The notes under the pieces were generated by a model. It did no database searches. It was given only the letters and a program-made list of their open reading frames with translations, and was not told where the DNA came from. Position numbers and translations under genes: made by a program. 64,000 bases of DNA, from contig JAUFOQ010000005.1 in assembly GCA_040285855.1 (NCBI GenBank), positions 1,736,001 through 1,800,000 of the forward strand, read 5' to 3'. Of the stretch, positions 22,054 to 35,290 are shown in pieces; the stretch's first letter is position 1, and each line of letters opens with the position of its first letter. This DNA comes from Eukaryota sp. GEM-RC1 (Eukaryota).

Positions 22054-25000
22054 ATACATGAACGTGTATAGTATATTTTTGTCATCGTCTATACACAGTT
22101 TTTTCCAGGTTATCAAAATCAAAGTACTTAAAAAATAGGATTCAGTTCTGTTATTTGAATTGAGAAACTGAATCAATTTCCACAAAGACCAAAACATAAT
22201 GTTGTTTACAATCACAACTGTAGAATAGAATCAGTACGGTATCATATCTATATTTTGTCTCATTCTCTAGAAGTTCGCGTCTTTTCAATTCCCTAAGTCA
22301 TTTAGTTATATAACTTCTTGGTTTATATTTTCTAGCCGAACTATACAACAACGAAAACCGAAACCCGTGTAAGTCAATGTTCTGTAGTAACAAAGGAGAT
22401 ATCATCAGCTCTACATCAACCTCACAAATGATCAATTGTCATAGTATTTGTTGTACATATAACAGTTGTTTGTTATTTACTTGAAGATACACACCTACAG
22501 AGATCGTAAAATTGTATTTATTCCAGTTTTCACTTCGTTCCAGCCAGTGAAGGGTGTACTCTTTGTGCACTCCCAATCAAAACCACACTTCAGACCTCTT
22601 GAAAGAGAAGAATGGCTTCGTGTGTTCCAAAGAAGAAGAAGAAAAAATGTAATGTTGATGTATGCAGGGGTGTCAATACAGGATTGGTTTTCCAATACTG
22701 CAATCAGTATAGCTCCAATAATTGCTGCCGTTATTTGAGGTGGTTTAGCATTTAATGTAACTATCTGGAGATATTGCAGCATTACCAATATACTTTGAGT
22801 TGATTGTTTCGTTTTTTAACTTCAATATTTTGTACTTTCCTTCAAACAAGACCCGATTGTGTTGTTTTATGTATTTAATTAAAAAAGTATTATTTGCTGA
22901 CAGTTGTGACTATTTGTTTTTTGTCAAATGTTTCTAATTGTGTCGATAATGAAAAAACAAAAACGGTGACTAAGGTTTTGGAGGACAATTCTACTACTGC
23001 TACACTCTTCACAAACAATTAGTCTGAATTCATAATGAGTCTGTATCACTTATAAGTCTGAATCAGACTAATTATTGTTTGACCTCGTGAGGAGTGTTCA
23101 TTACGGTTCAGTTAAATGGTGTTGTAGCCCTTTTGCAACTTTTGTTCCTAGACACTTTGACTTACTTGACGTATTCAGCCCGTGTCAACCATTATAAGCA
23201 CTTGCTCGAAAGACAATTCGGCCACTTATCAATTTTCAAGAGGTACTGCGGTAGCGGATCAGTGCTGTTTGTGGATTTCTTTGGTATTCATACACTATTT
23301 AAGGTGTTCGTCACCAGATCTTTGTTAGACAAATGAAGCAGAATCTGAAAATCCGTAACTATAACAAACTGGTTAATTCTGACACTTTTTGTATAGTGTG
23401 GAGGTATTTTAAGTTGATGAGCCAACAAGTACTAATTGTATAATACACTGTCCAAAAAGGTGAAACTCTTCATACACCTCATTTTGCTTACTTTTGTTTA
23501 GTGTATATCCATGATTCTCGAACTAAACCGATTTTGAAGTATTTTTCTCTCTTTCATCGAGGTTTTACCCATCTGATCTACTCATTGTCTCTACTTAAAC
23601 CAGAGTTTGCTGTTTTTGAGAGGTATCATGTATAACAATAACCGATTTTTACACACAAAGAAGTTTCTCTTTTAAGGTGCAGTGGATTATAACATTGATT
23701 TGCACAGCTTACATACATCATTGCAATGGAGGTGCAACGATACAGTAGAAGTGATGTCCGTCTATTCAGAGTGATTGTTAACGAAAGAGTTTTCACCATG
23801 TTAGATCTATTTTCATGTATAGTAGTTGTAGACATGCAACTCAGATCATAAATTTCAGCCTTTTAGCCCGCGCCTATTTTGAAGACGAAATGAATGAGTC
23901 AAACAACTTATCAGCATCTAATATGACACTTAAGTAAAATGTGAAGTACACCATTTCAGAACCATATTCTAGGATGGTTTCTATATCATGAGCAAATATA
24001 AATTGGGTGTATATTGTGATTTTATTGTAGAGAACGTTTGCAACATCATATCAATTGTTTAAGCTAGATTTTGTATCAATCAATGATGAACTGACGGGTA
24101 TTGATCTGATTACTGTTGATGGTTGCAAAAAGTGCATTTAAGCATACTGACAATGAAGTTTCTCCACTTCATTTTTCACAACAATTCAAGAGAAACAAAT
24201 ATGATATTCCCCCGGCTGTTCTCAAACATAAAGAGAAAGTTTTTTTATTGGAAGAAGAAAAAAGGCAACCAGGACAAAGGACACAGTTGAATGAATTTAA
24301 ACGTTTTACTACGAGTTCAATATTATATGATGTTGTTTCAATGACAATTATCCAAGAATGTTTTATGTAGGATGAAAAAATTCGCTCACAGTAACGCTAT
24401 TCTTCTGAATAGAGAATTCTTGGTTATAAAACCAAGTGGAGATACAGATTAAAGTAAGATTGCGGATTTCATGGGAAAATCGAACCAATTATAAATATCT
24501 TTGTCTAACTCAATTATGAGAAACAAGAGCAGAAGTCATTTGATCGTTTCTTGGTTGTTCTCTCAGGAAATAATTGTGAACTTTACTAATGTTGATCCGT
24601 GTAACTCAACTTCTGTTAACAGAATTTTAGACGAAAACTATTCATCTCTTGAAACTGTTCAAAAAAAAGACAGATCGTTATGTTGAATTAATTTCCAAGA
24701 TTAATTCTCGCCGACACAATCCTTTTGTTTTGCATTCTTTTGCTATTTCTCTTTATGGGACGTTTGGCTTCTCGGTCAACAATTTCTCACAGATTTTGGC
24801 AGATTGTGTAAGCAGTATGGAAAGAATTTTAATGAAAGTTACTGGAGAGGAAGGTTGTCGTTTTCCCTTTCAAAGCATTGCCTGGGTATTTTGATTCGAT
24901 TTTGAACCATCTTTTGCATTGAGACATGAATTTGAGATGATGTAGAGGGATTGGTATCGCATTTATTGATATTGATGATACATTGTAGTTTGTGTTTGTA

Positions 25001-25100
25001 TGAGTACTAGTAAATAACATGCGTTTTCAGATTATACTAATAATAGAAAGTCCTCATTTCTTAGACCTTCAATAGTCATCCCACGCTCTGATCCTTTGAA

Positions 25101-26815
25101 ATGAGTCGTTCGCTCCCTTCCACTGTCTCCTGTGTGGTGTCTAACTGTGATGAACTGTCGATATTAGCTTCATCCACTCCTCCTCCCTCTAAACGCATCC
25201 ATGCTCAGCAGACTTTATTGGTTCTCATCCATCTCCACTTGCTGAGACGTCTTCTCAAGCGTAATTTTGAAGATAATCATGATGGAACTAATCGTCAACT
25301 CGGAGGTTTAAAAACAGCATTACCTACATTCTTTGGACAAGTTGGTTATGTAAGTCACCACTTCCTCGATTCTTCATTCCAAGCAGTTAAAGTCTATTTT
25401 CAATTACACACCTTTCATGCTGATCTTGAACACCTTCCCAAACTAACTTCACTTGCTTCTTTTTTTTTGGAGTGGATCAACAATCTGTTTTCTTACACTC
25501 TGGCGAAACTTTTGAACTTGAGATGTTTCTTAGTTATTCTGGTATAATTACAGGATTGAGAATCGTACTAGTAGAACCCTCTGATTTAGAGTTTCTAAAT
25601 AATTCTTCTTCTTTATTTCCACGTCTTAAGCAGCTAGAAGTAGAAGTAACGAGACGAAACACCTCTGTTTCTATGTTATTGATTGAAGCGCTGAAAACCA
25701 ATACCACAGTTACAGGTATTGATCTGAGATACAACTATATTGGAGCTAAAGGTGCCCAAGCTTTGGCAGAGGCGTTGAAAGTTAATGCTTCAGTTACAAG
25801 TATTGATCTGACAAACAACTATATTGGAGCTGAAGGTGCCCAAGCTTTGGCAGAGGCGTTGAAAGTTAATGCTTCAGTTACAAGTATTGGTCTTTGTACA
25901 AACCGTATCGGAGATGAAGGTGCCAGAGCTTTGGCAGATGCGTTGAAAGTTAATGCTTCAGTTTTAAGTGTTGAGCTTCGTACAAACCGTATCGGAGATG
26001 AAGGTGCCCGAGCTTTGGCAGAGGCGTTGAAAGTTAATACAACAATTACAAGTATTGATCTCAGTTGCAGCTCTATTGAAGCTGAAGGTGCTAGAGCTTT
26101 GGCAGATGCATTAAAGGTTAATGCTTCAGTTACAAATGTTAATCTAACTAGCAACTGTATTGGAGCTGAAGGTGCCAGAGTTTTGGCAGAGGCGTTGAAA
26201 GTTAATGCTTCAATTACAAGTATTGATCTAAGTTGCAGCTCTATTAGAGCTGAAGGTGCCAGAGCTTTGGCAGAGGCGTTAAAGGTTAATGCTTCAGTTA
26301 CAAGTGTTATTCTAACTAGCAACAATATTGGTGATGAAGGTGCAAGAGCTTTGGCTTATGCGTTGGCAGTTAATGCTTTAATTACAAGTATTGATTTAAG
26401 TTACAACTATATTGGAGCTGAAGGTGTTAGAGCTTTGGCAGAGGCGTTAAAGGTTAATGCTTCAGTTACAAGTATTTATCTCAGCTCCAACACTATTGGT
26501 GATGAAGGTGCCAGAGCTTTGGCAGAGGCGTTGCAAGTGAATGCTTCAGTTACCAGTGTTGATCTAGGTGGAACCTCTATTGAAGATGAAGGTGTCAGAG
26601 CTTTGGCAGATGCCCTGAAAGTTAATGCTTCAATTACAGGTGTTGATCTAAACGAAAACTTAATTAGAGATGAAGGTGCTAGAGCTTTGGCAGATGCATT
26701 AAAAGTTAATGCTTCAGTTACAAGTATTGATCTGAGGAACAGCCACATTGGAGCTGAAGGTGCTAGAGCTTTGACAGAGGCGTTGAAAGTTAATACCATA
26801 GTTCACATAGATTAA
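25101..26815 (+). CDS. LRR gene C, 13 LRRs; frameshift at T9 tract 25460-25468 (possible pseudogene)
   Basis: ORFs 25101-25547 and 25472-26815; B-like but lacking the last IDLRYND module. Confidence 0.8.
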
Positions 26816-27059
26816 ATACTTGTACGTATATTGTATATTTTTGTCATCGTCTATATACAATTTTTTCAGGTTATCAGATTCAAAGTAATTTTCAATAAGA
26901 TTCAGTCCTATTATTCAAATTGAGAATCTGAATACCATTACTTTGTTCTTTCTTGACATAACATCAACAGCTTCCACACGCCATAATCATATCAACGATA
27001 TTCTCGAAGATAAATCCATGATTAAAAGTATAAACAGTCACCTCCATAATAATTTCGTA

Positions 27060-27770
27060 AAAAAAATTGTTGAATTTGTTGGTTATAACTGAAGATCTTC
27101 AAAAAATGAGAGAATAAAGGAAGAACAAGACGCAGCTAACAGCAATCAATCAAATTAGAGACCATCCAAGTCCAATCAAACTAATCCGTTCAGTATTGGC
27201 ATCCTAATCCTCAGGTCCTCTAAGTGTGCTACCAAGCAACATGGCACACACTTTGGTCTTTGCCTGGTCATTGAGACTCCTACATCATCATCCCTCAAGA
27301 TCAAGAACATAGTCACTGGTATAGAAAACCAAGCTAGCATACATCAATGTAAGCCGGACAACTCCGACCTTCCATCTAACAATGGTATACATCAACAAGT
27401 TGCAACAGGTGATTCAGGAACAACATGTCATCTTCCAAGTGTTGGAACAGTTCCACTCACGTAAAGGACTTATGTGTTTTTTTCTGTGGATTGGCGGTGA
27501 TATCACAACAGTTTCCTCTTCTAGCATTAAAAAAACTGAAGCTTATATCGAGGTTTTAAAAAATAATTCTAATCCTCCATAATTTTCCAGAAAGTGTTAT
27601 CCAAGGCTAAATTTATTAAAACTCCAATAGCAAAGAGAACTCAAAGAAGCGTTGTCTCGAAGAATAAGAAGAAGTAGTAGTAGCGTAGGTATGTAATAGT
27701 TAACTGCAATCATAAACCATCTTAATTTCATTCCATACTTCCGTATCACTCCGACTTCTTACAACCTTAA
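27060..27770 (+). pseudogene. Relic 3' end (integrase C-terminus and purine tract) of a second, diverged Ty3/gypsy family
   Basis: NPFSIGILILRSSKCATKQHG..KIKNIVTG..ASIHQCK..SDLP..VATGDS, EQHVIFQVL..LWIGGD..IKKTEAY and KTPIAKRT align with the integrase tail of ORF 56393-57505. Boundaries approximate. Confidence 0.8.
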
Positions 27771-28420
27771 AGCATCACTATAACAAATTTAAACAGTTCA
27801 ATTGTCCACATCCAACCAAGATTCTTCTTTACATGATTTACTAGAAAGACGCATCTCATCTACTTAGGAATGGTGATTTCAAGGGCAAAATACAATGAAT
27901 CTTTACTAAATCTTTGAAGACATTGGTCTACCAGTTTTGGAATGTGTTTCTGTTTTTGGTCTTTTCTGACATTCAAAAAGGAGGCTTTCTGTATAAATTC
28001 TGTATATTGATTGAATTAATTCAAAGTAAGAGCATACTGTGATTACTGACAGTGTTCTCCCTTTCCAAGATGACTAACCAGAATCATTCAAAACGGTGTA
28101 CTTGTGCAAACGTATAAATCAAAATAACTTCAACCAAAACTTGAGAAGAATCTGAGAATGAAGCAGTTAGATCATCTCAATGCAAATAAAACACCATATT
28201 ATCCTTTTAGATGAAAATCAATTTCTCGTTGAATAAGTGACAAGCTATCCAATACTGATAAGTAATACAGATATTTTGAAAACCACAGTACGTCATTTTG
28301 ATGGCAAATCTCATACCGTCTCCAAGAATGATTCATGATGGATAAAAGGATTAACTAACAGAACTGTTCTTCTGGTGACTGGAGAGTTCGAACGGTGCTT
28401 GCTTTCAAAACCAAGTTGAC

Positions 28421-30292
28421 ATGATTAAGTTTGAGGGAATGCAGAAAGTTTCTTCTGGATCAATAGCCTCAACTCGCCCTGATCCTTTGTTGAAAAGGAG
28501 TTGTTCATCCCCTTCCAGTGTCTCCTATCTGATGTTTGACTGTGAAGAACTGTCTGTATTGTCTTCATCCACACCTCCTCCCTCTAAAAGCATCCATGCT
28601 CAGCAGACTTTATTGGTTCTTATCCATCTCCACTTGCTGAGACGTCTTCTCAAGCGTACTTTCGAAGATAATCATGATGGAACTAATCCTCTACTCAGAG
28701 GTTTGAAAACAGCATTACCTACATTCTTTGGACAAGTTGGCTATGTAAGTAATCACTTCCTTGATTCTTCATTCCAAGCAGTCAAACTGTATGTTCAATT
28801 ACACACCTTTCACGCTGATCTTGAACATCTTCCCAAACTAATTTTACTTGCTGCTTTCTTTGGAGTGGATGAACAATCTGTTTTCTTACACTGTGACAAA
28901 ACATTTGAACGTGAGGAATTTCTCAATTATTCTGGTATAATTACAGGATTGAGAATCGTACTAAGGGAACCCTCTGATTTGGAGTTTCTCAATAATAATT
29001 CTTCTTTATTTCCACGTCTTAAGCAGCTAGAAGTAGAAGTAACGAGACGAAACACCTCTGTTTCTATGTTATTGATTGAAGCGCTGAAAACCAATACCAC
29101 AGTTACAAGTGTTAATCTGGGTTTCAACTATATTGGAGCTGAAGGTGCCCGAGCTTTGGCAGAGGCGTTGAAAGTTAATGCTTCAGTTACAAGTGTTGAT
29201 CTGAGATATAACTCTATTGGAGCTGAAGGTGCCCGAGCTTTGGCAGAGGCGTTGAAAGTTAATGCTTCAGTTACAAGTGTTGATCTACGTACAAACCGTA
29301 TCGGAGATGAAGGTGCCAGAGCTTTGGCAGAGGCGTTGAAAGTTAATGATTCAGTTACAAGTGTTAAACTGATTTACAACTCTATTGGAGATGAAGGTGC
29401 CCGAGCTTTGGCAGAGGCGTTGAAGGTTAATGCTTCAGTTACAAGTATTGATCTCAGTTGCAGCTCTATTGAAGCTGAAGGTGCCAGAGCTTTGGCAGAG
29501 GCGTTGAAGGTTAATGCTTCAGTTACAAATGTTAATCTAACTAGCAGCTCTATTGGAGCTGAAGGTGCCAGAGCTTTGGCAGAGGCGTTGAAGGTTAATG
29601 CTTCAGTTACAAATGTTAATCTAACTAGCAGCTCTATTGGTGATGAAGGTGCCAGAGATTTGGCAGAGGCGTTGACAGTTAATACTTCAGTTTCAAGTGT
29701 TACCTTGCGTTTCAATTCCATTGGAGCTGAAGGTGCCAGTGCTTTGGCTTATGCGTTGACAGTTAATGCTTCAGTTACAAATGTTAATCTAACTAGCAGC
29801 TCTATTGGTGATGAAGGTGCCAGAGCTTTGGCAGAGGTGTTGAAAGTTAATACTTCAGTTACAAGTATTGATCTAGGTAAAAACTCTATTGGAGATGAAG
29901 GTGCCAGAGCTTTGGCAGAGGCGTTGAAAGTTAATGCTTCAATTACAGGTGTTGACCTAAGCGAAAACTTAATTAGAGATGAAGGTGTCAGAGCTTTGGC
30001 AGAGGCGTTGAAAGTTAATGCTTCAATTACAGGTGTTGACCTAAGCGAAAACTTAATTAGAGATGAAGGTGTCAGAGCTTTGGCAGAGGCGTTGAAAGTT
30101 AATGCTTCAATTACAGGTGTTGACCTAAGCAAAAACTTAATTAGAGATGAAGGTGCTAGAGCTTTGGCACAGGCGTTGAAAGTTAATACTTCAGTTACAA
30201 GTATTGATCTGAGATACAACGATATTGGACATGAAGGTGCCAGAGCTTTGGCAGAGGCGTTGAAAGTTAATACCTTAGTTCACATAGATTAA
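28421..30292 (+). CDS. LRR gene D, intact, 14 LRRs
   Basis: Uninterrupted 623-aa ORF; N-terminus (MQKVSSGS from 28439) and upstream DNA resemble gene A. Confidence 0.92.
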   Translation: MIKFEGMQKVSSGSIASTRPDPLLKRSCSSPSSVSYLMFDCEELSVLSSSTPPPSKSIHAQQTLLVLIHLHLLRRLLKRTFEDNHDGTNPLLRGLKTALPTFFGQVGYVSNHFLDSSFQAVKLYVQLHTFHADLEHLPKLILLAAFFGVDEQSVFLHCDKTFEREEFLNYSGIITGLRIVLREPSDLEFLNNNSSLFPRLKQLEVEVTRRNTSVSMLLIEALKTNTTVTSVNLGFNYIGAEGARALAEALKVNASVTSVDLRYNSIGAEGARALAEALKVNASVTSVDLRTNRIGDEGARALAEALKVNDSVTSVKLIYNSIGDEGARALAEALKVNASVTSIDLSCSSIEAEGARALAEALKVNASVTNVNLTSSSIGAEGARALAEALKVNASVTNVNLTSSSIGDEGARDLAEALTVNTSVSSVTLRFNSIGAEGASALAYALTVNASVTNVNLTSSSIGDEGARALAEVLKVNTSVTSIDLGKNSIGDEGARALAEALKVNASITGVDLSENLIRDEGVRALAEALKVNASITGVDLSENLIRDEGVRALAEALKVNASITGVDLSKNLIRDEGARALAQALKVNTSVTSIDLRYNDIGHEGARALAEALKVNTLVHID

Positions 30293-31049
30293 ATACATGA
30301 ACGTATATATTATATTTTTGTCATCGTCTATACACAGTTTTTTCCAGGTTATCAAAATCAAAGTACTTAAAAAAGAGAATTTAGTCATGTTATTTAAATT
30401 GATAATCTGAAGCAATTTCCACAAATACCAAAACAAAATGTTGTTGACAATCACAACTGTAGAATAGAATCAGTACGTTATCATATCTATATTTTTTCTC
30501 ATTCTCTAGAAGTTCGCGTCTTTTCGATTCCCTAAGTCATTTGGTTATATAACTTCGCGGTTTATGTTTTGTTGTCAAACTATACAACAACGAAAAACGA
30601 ATCCCGTGTTAGTCAATGTTCTGTAGTAACAAAGGAGATATCATCAGCTCTACATCAACCTCATAAATGACCAATTGTCATAGTAATTGTTGCACATAGA
30701 ACAGTTGTTTGTTATTTCACACTTGAAGATACACCTACAGAGATCGTAAAATTGTATTTATTCCAGTTTTCACTTCGTTCCAGCCAGTGAAGGGTGTACT
30801 CTTTGTGCACTCTCCCAATCAAAACCACACGTCAGACCTCTTGAAAGAGAAGAATGGCTTCGTGTGTTCCAAAGAAGAAGAATAAGAAATGTAATGTTGA
30901 TGTATGCAGGGGTGTCAATACAGGATTGGTTTTCCAATACTGCAATCAGTATAGCTCCAATAATTACTACCGTTAATTGAGGTGGTTTAGCATTTAATGT
31001 AACTATCTGGAGATATTGGAGCATTACCAATATACTTTGAGTTGATTGT

Positions 31050-31147
31050 TGATACCAGAAGGTATGGGTAAAGAATGGGGGAAGGTAAAAGGTGTTTATA
31101 AAGTGAAATAACTGACTACGTAACCATACTAATACCTTTGGCTAACA
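31050..31147 (-). repeat. 3' LTR (98 bp) of gypsy copy 1
   Basis: Direct repeat of 37744-37841; preceded on minus by purine tract GAAAGAAGAGAAGAGGTAA. Confidence 0.95.
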
Positions 31148-34100
31148 TTACCTCTTCTCTTCTTTCGAGCTCCTTGTTCTCTTAGCCACAGGTATCTTAA
31201 CGTTGGGTGACTTAGGATTGCTCTTCTTGCTTGAGGTACGTTTAAGCTTAGGCTTCTTGTTACTAGTCTTGATTTTACTATTACTATGAAATAAATCTAC
31301 ATTTTCTAATTTTACAAATTCACTGTAGGCCTTGGTGTTCTTGATGTCTTTAGTGGGAACTGATGAGGTATCGCCACCAAACCAGAGGACCGTACAATAC
31401 TCACCATCGAGTGTATTGAACCTATCCAGGATCTTAACCACGATGTGTTCTTCAGAATCTCCAGAGGCAATTGCTCTATGGATGTCATGATCAGCTGGAA
31501 GATCTGATTGAAAGATCTTGCATTGATGCATGCTAGTCTTACTAACATGACCAGTGATCAGATTCTTCAAAGACATTGACGACTTCGAATCGATTGATAC
31601 CACTAGAAAAGGCCCAGAGTAATTACCGTGGAGCTTACTAGTTTTTGAGACTTTCAAGACAAGATCTCCAATCTTAAATGATTGACTAGACTCAGAATTC
31701 TTCTTGGGCTTGACTGACGATTGTCGAATCTCTGCCTCTTCTCTCTTTTTGTTAGTCGATCTAGTTTCATTTTAATGTCGTCAATAAACGGAACATTCTT
31801 TGTTGATTTCTCAACAGCATCTAGTAAACCACTAGGATCTGCACCGGGACTTAAATGGCTACCAAACATCAGTTCGTAGGGAGTATGCCCAGTAACAGAG
31901 CTCTTTGTTGCGTTGATTTGCAACTGTACAGTTGGAATGTACGTTGACCAATTGTCGTAATCATTAAAGTCCACGAGGAGACGACGTAGGCTCTGCAGAA
32001 CGTCTCTGTGACGTCGTTCCACTAGCCCATTACTCTGCGAGAAATGAGGAATCGAACGACTTACTTCAATCGCCAGTAGGTTACAAACTGCCTCGAAAAT
32101 AGCATTGGCAAACTCCGTACCATTATCACTATGGATACACAACGGTATTCCGAAGATAGCAATTACATCCCACACAAGACAATATGCTACTTCTTTACTG
32201 TTGAGTTCTTCAAGGGGGCTCAGAATGGTGTATCTGGTGAAAGAATCTACAAACACCAAGAGGTATTGGTTTCCACTCTGATCTTTTGGAAGTGGACCAA
32301 TTGTGTCGACGTTGAGTCTAGCAAAGGTCTATCAGCCCACAAGGAACCCGTTGATTCAATAATCTTTTTGGGAACAGGTGCCGTTTTTTTGACACGAGGG
32401 ACATTGCTCAACATGTTTCTTCATGTCAGCTTTCATACTTGGCCAAAAGTAACCACTATTGCACAGTGTGTCCAAACTTTGTTTCTTGTTTGGATGTCCT
32501 GACTGGACTAATCCATGCAGCATGTAAAGAACCTTCTTTACCAAACTGGATGGAATCAATATCTTGTTCTTAGAGTTTATGTAAACGTTGCTCGTTGTAC
32601 ACAAAGTCGCGTCAGTGAACAGATGATCTCCTTGTTCTATCGCTTTACGTTGTTCCAACCTGATGGTTGATAGCCAAGAATCAAATAAAGGGATTTTATT
32701 GTCAGATGAGAGGTCACGAAGACACTTGATAGCTAGCACGTTGGTGTTACGTGGGAGCATCTCAAAATAATCTGCATCATCATAGCGTAAGCCTTCGTGA
32801 GAAAGGGTTATATCATTTTTGATGGACAGATTTGAGATCATCAAAGATTTGATTGATTCAACTGGACGTCGGTCAATGACACGTGACAAAATGTCAGCCC
32901 AGTGATTGTTTGTACCAGCTACGTGCACTATCTCAAAATCAAACTCAGATAAAATGGGAATCCATCGTTTCACAATGCGATTCTTCTCTGGAGCTGATAT
33001 TAGATAGGCAAGGTTCCTATGATCAGTGAAGATCGTCAAGTGCCTACTTAACAGGAAACCTTCTAAACTAGATTCGGTCAGAATCAAGAGAATGGCGTAC
33101 AACTCTTTCTGGATAGTTGCCCAATTCTGTTGACTATCATTGAGTAAACGGCTATAAAAAGACACAGGTCTGACTCTACGTTCTTCTAACGGAGTACCTG
33201 GAGGAGCTGGGGGATTTTCTTCCTGCCAGATCACACCACCAACAGCAATGTCGGATGCATCAGTTGATATGATAATATTTTTATCAGTATCAGGTAAGTC
33301 CAATGCCATGTGGTTTAGTATCTCGGACTTGAGTTGTGCGAGTAAAGCATCATGGTCTTTAGTCCAAAGAATCTTCTTTGGTTTTCCACGAGTGAGTTCA
33401 TTGATTGCAGCAGTCAAATTTGAATAATTCGGGATCCATTCGCGAACATAATTTAATGCGCCAAGTAAACTTCTTACCTCGGGTAATGTTGAAGGAGCTG
33501 GAAGCTCAATCAAGGCCGAAACTCTTTTCTCATCAATGCTACGGGTTTTGCTACAAAAATTGCTGCCCAGAATCTTATTAGGATGTTTGGAAGTGGTGAA
33601 CCTACACTTCCGTAATCCAATCCGTACTCTAAAACGTTCTGCTCGTTCCAGTACTAGATTTATTCTTGAAATAAACTGTTCGAAAGTGTCACCTACTACA
33701 ATTATATCGTCTATATAAATGAATACACCTTCCACATCGAATATTTCCATCATGATGTTTTGGAAAATCGCTGGTACGTTTTTCAAACCAAAACATGCTC
33801 GTTTGAAGCTAATTGACATTCCAGGTATAGACACACTGGTCTTCTCAACATCGTCCTCAGCTACATTTAGCTGCCAGAATGCTTTAGGAAGGTCGAGTGT
33901 TCCAATAAAATTTGCTTTCGAAAGGAACTCTAGAACATCGCAGATCCGAGGTAAGTTTGGTTTCACCGGTCTGGTATTAGCGTTAATCCCGTCTGGTCCA
34001 CTGGAAGTCACCAGTCAAACGAGGCTTCTTTTGTGGTCGTTATAAACAACGAGCACAATGGGACTACTGAACTTACCAGTCGATGGTACAGCCCATCCTT

Positions 34101-35290
34101 GTCGTATAAGTTCGTTAAAAATTTCTTCGGCTATACGCTGTTTTTCAGGGTTAAGCCTTCTAGGAGGACGAAATACAGTGACAGATTCATCGTAAAACGG
34201 AATGGTCATCGGCGGACAATCGATACCATCTGGATGTATCTCTTCAGAAAACACCTGTTTGTATTTACTGAGTAGGCTCAGAAGCTCCTTTCTTCTATTA
34301 GGATCATCCAATTCTATCGAACAACCAGAGTTGTCAATGGTCTCTTCAAATAAACTGATGTCAGTTTGAGTGTTGCCGTACAGATCAATATTTAAATTAT
34401 TTATTGTTGAGGAATTTGATTGAACACTATTGATCGATTCGCATGGTGATTTCATTCTACCATCGAATGCACTCTCTGCATTGAGAATTGTGCGATGCTC
34501 TTTATCTAATCTGATGACTAGACCATCATCCGTTAGCAACCCCAGTTCTTCTTGCAAATCTCTGCCAATCAGTAGAATTTTGGTACCAGGTACTACGGGG
34601 AGAGTATGCTTAACATGAATCTGGTTAGCTAGGCTGCCAACGTTGAACGTCAGAACACCTACTGCACTACCTAAGGATGTTGCACGAATATTATTCGCAG
34701 AGATGTAGTCAATACAACTGTCAATCGTTGTCATCTCACAGTGACGAATCAAATCTTGGGATATGACTGAGCACGAAGCTGCCGAATCAAACTCTCCAGT
34801 CACTGGCACATTGTTAATCAACAATCGAATACACAAGGAACCGTTATCCTTTGACTCGATCCCTAAGTTCTGGTTGAGACTTCGAATTGTTTCAACAGAT
34901 GATGTACTTCTACCCTTGCTTGAATGTGTGTTCAAAGCAGCCAATGGGTTCATGTACTTTGTCGGTGTAGGATGTATAGAATGTAACTTTGAAATCTGAA
35001 CAATGTAATTATTTGATTTATTAAAATTATTAGGACGATTTGGTCGACCTCTATTACTATCACTATCACCAGACCTACGTTTTAAGGGCTTTCCATTAGA
35101 GTCTCTAGGAGTCAGAGCACTGAATTTGCCACGACGGCATTCAGACGAGAGATGACCGGGGATGCCGCAATTGAAACATTTAATTGGGGACTTATCATCT
35201 TGAGACTGGGGTCTACCAAATTTGGGACCATAGTTTCTAGGGTGGAGGCCACGTTTTCTTGGGAAATCTTGTCTACCTTTAGCAGGGGAG
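31148..35290 (-). pseudogene. Gypsy NC-pol region, copy 1 (zinc knuckle, protease, RT, RNase H, integrase, chromodomain-like tail), frameshifted
   Basis: CFNCGIPGHLSSEC, FDSAA, LDLPKAFWQL, YIDD, TDASD, TDHRNL, H..GH..CPSC, VDSFTR, SDNGTEF, NGLVERR, YSGPFLV. Confidence 0.92.
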
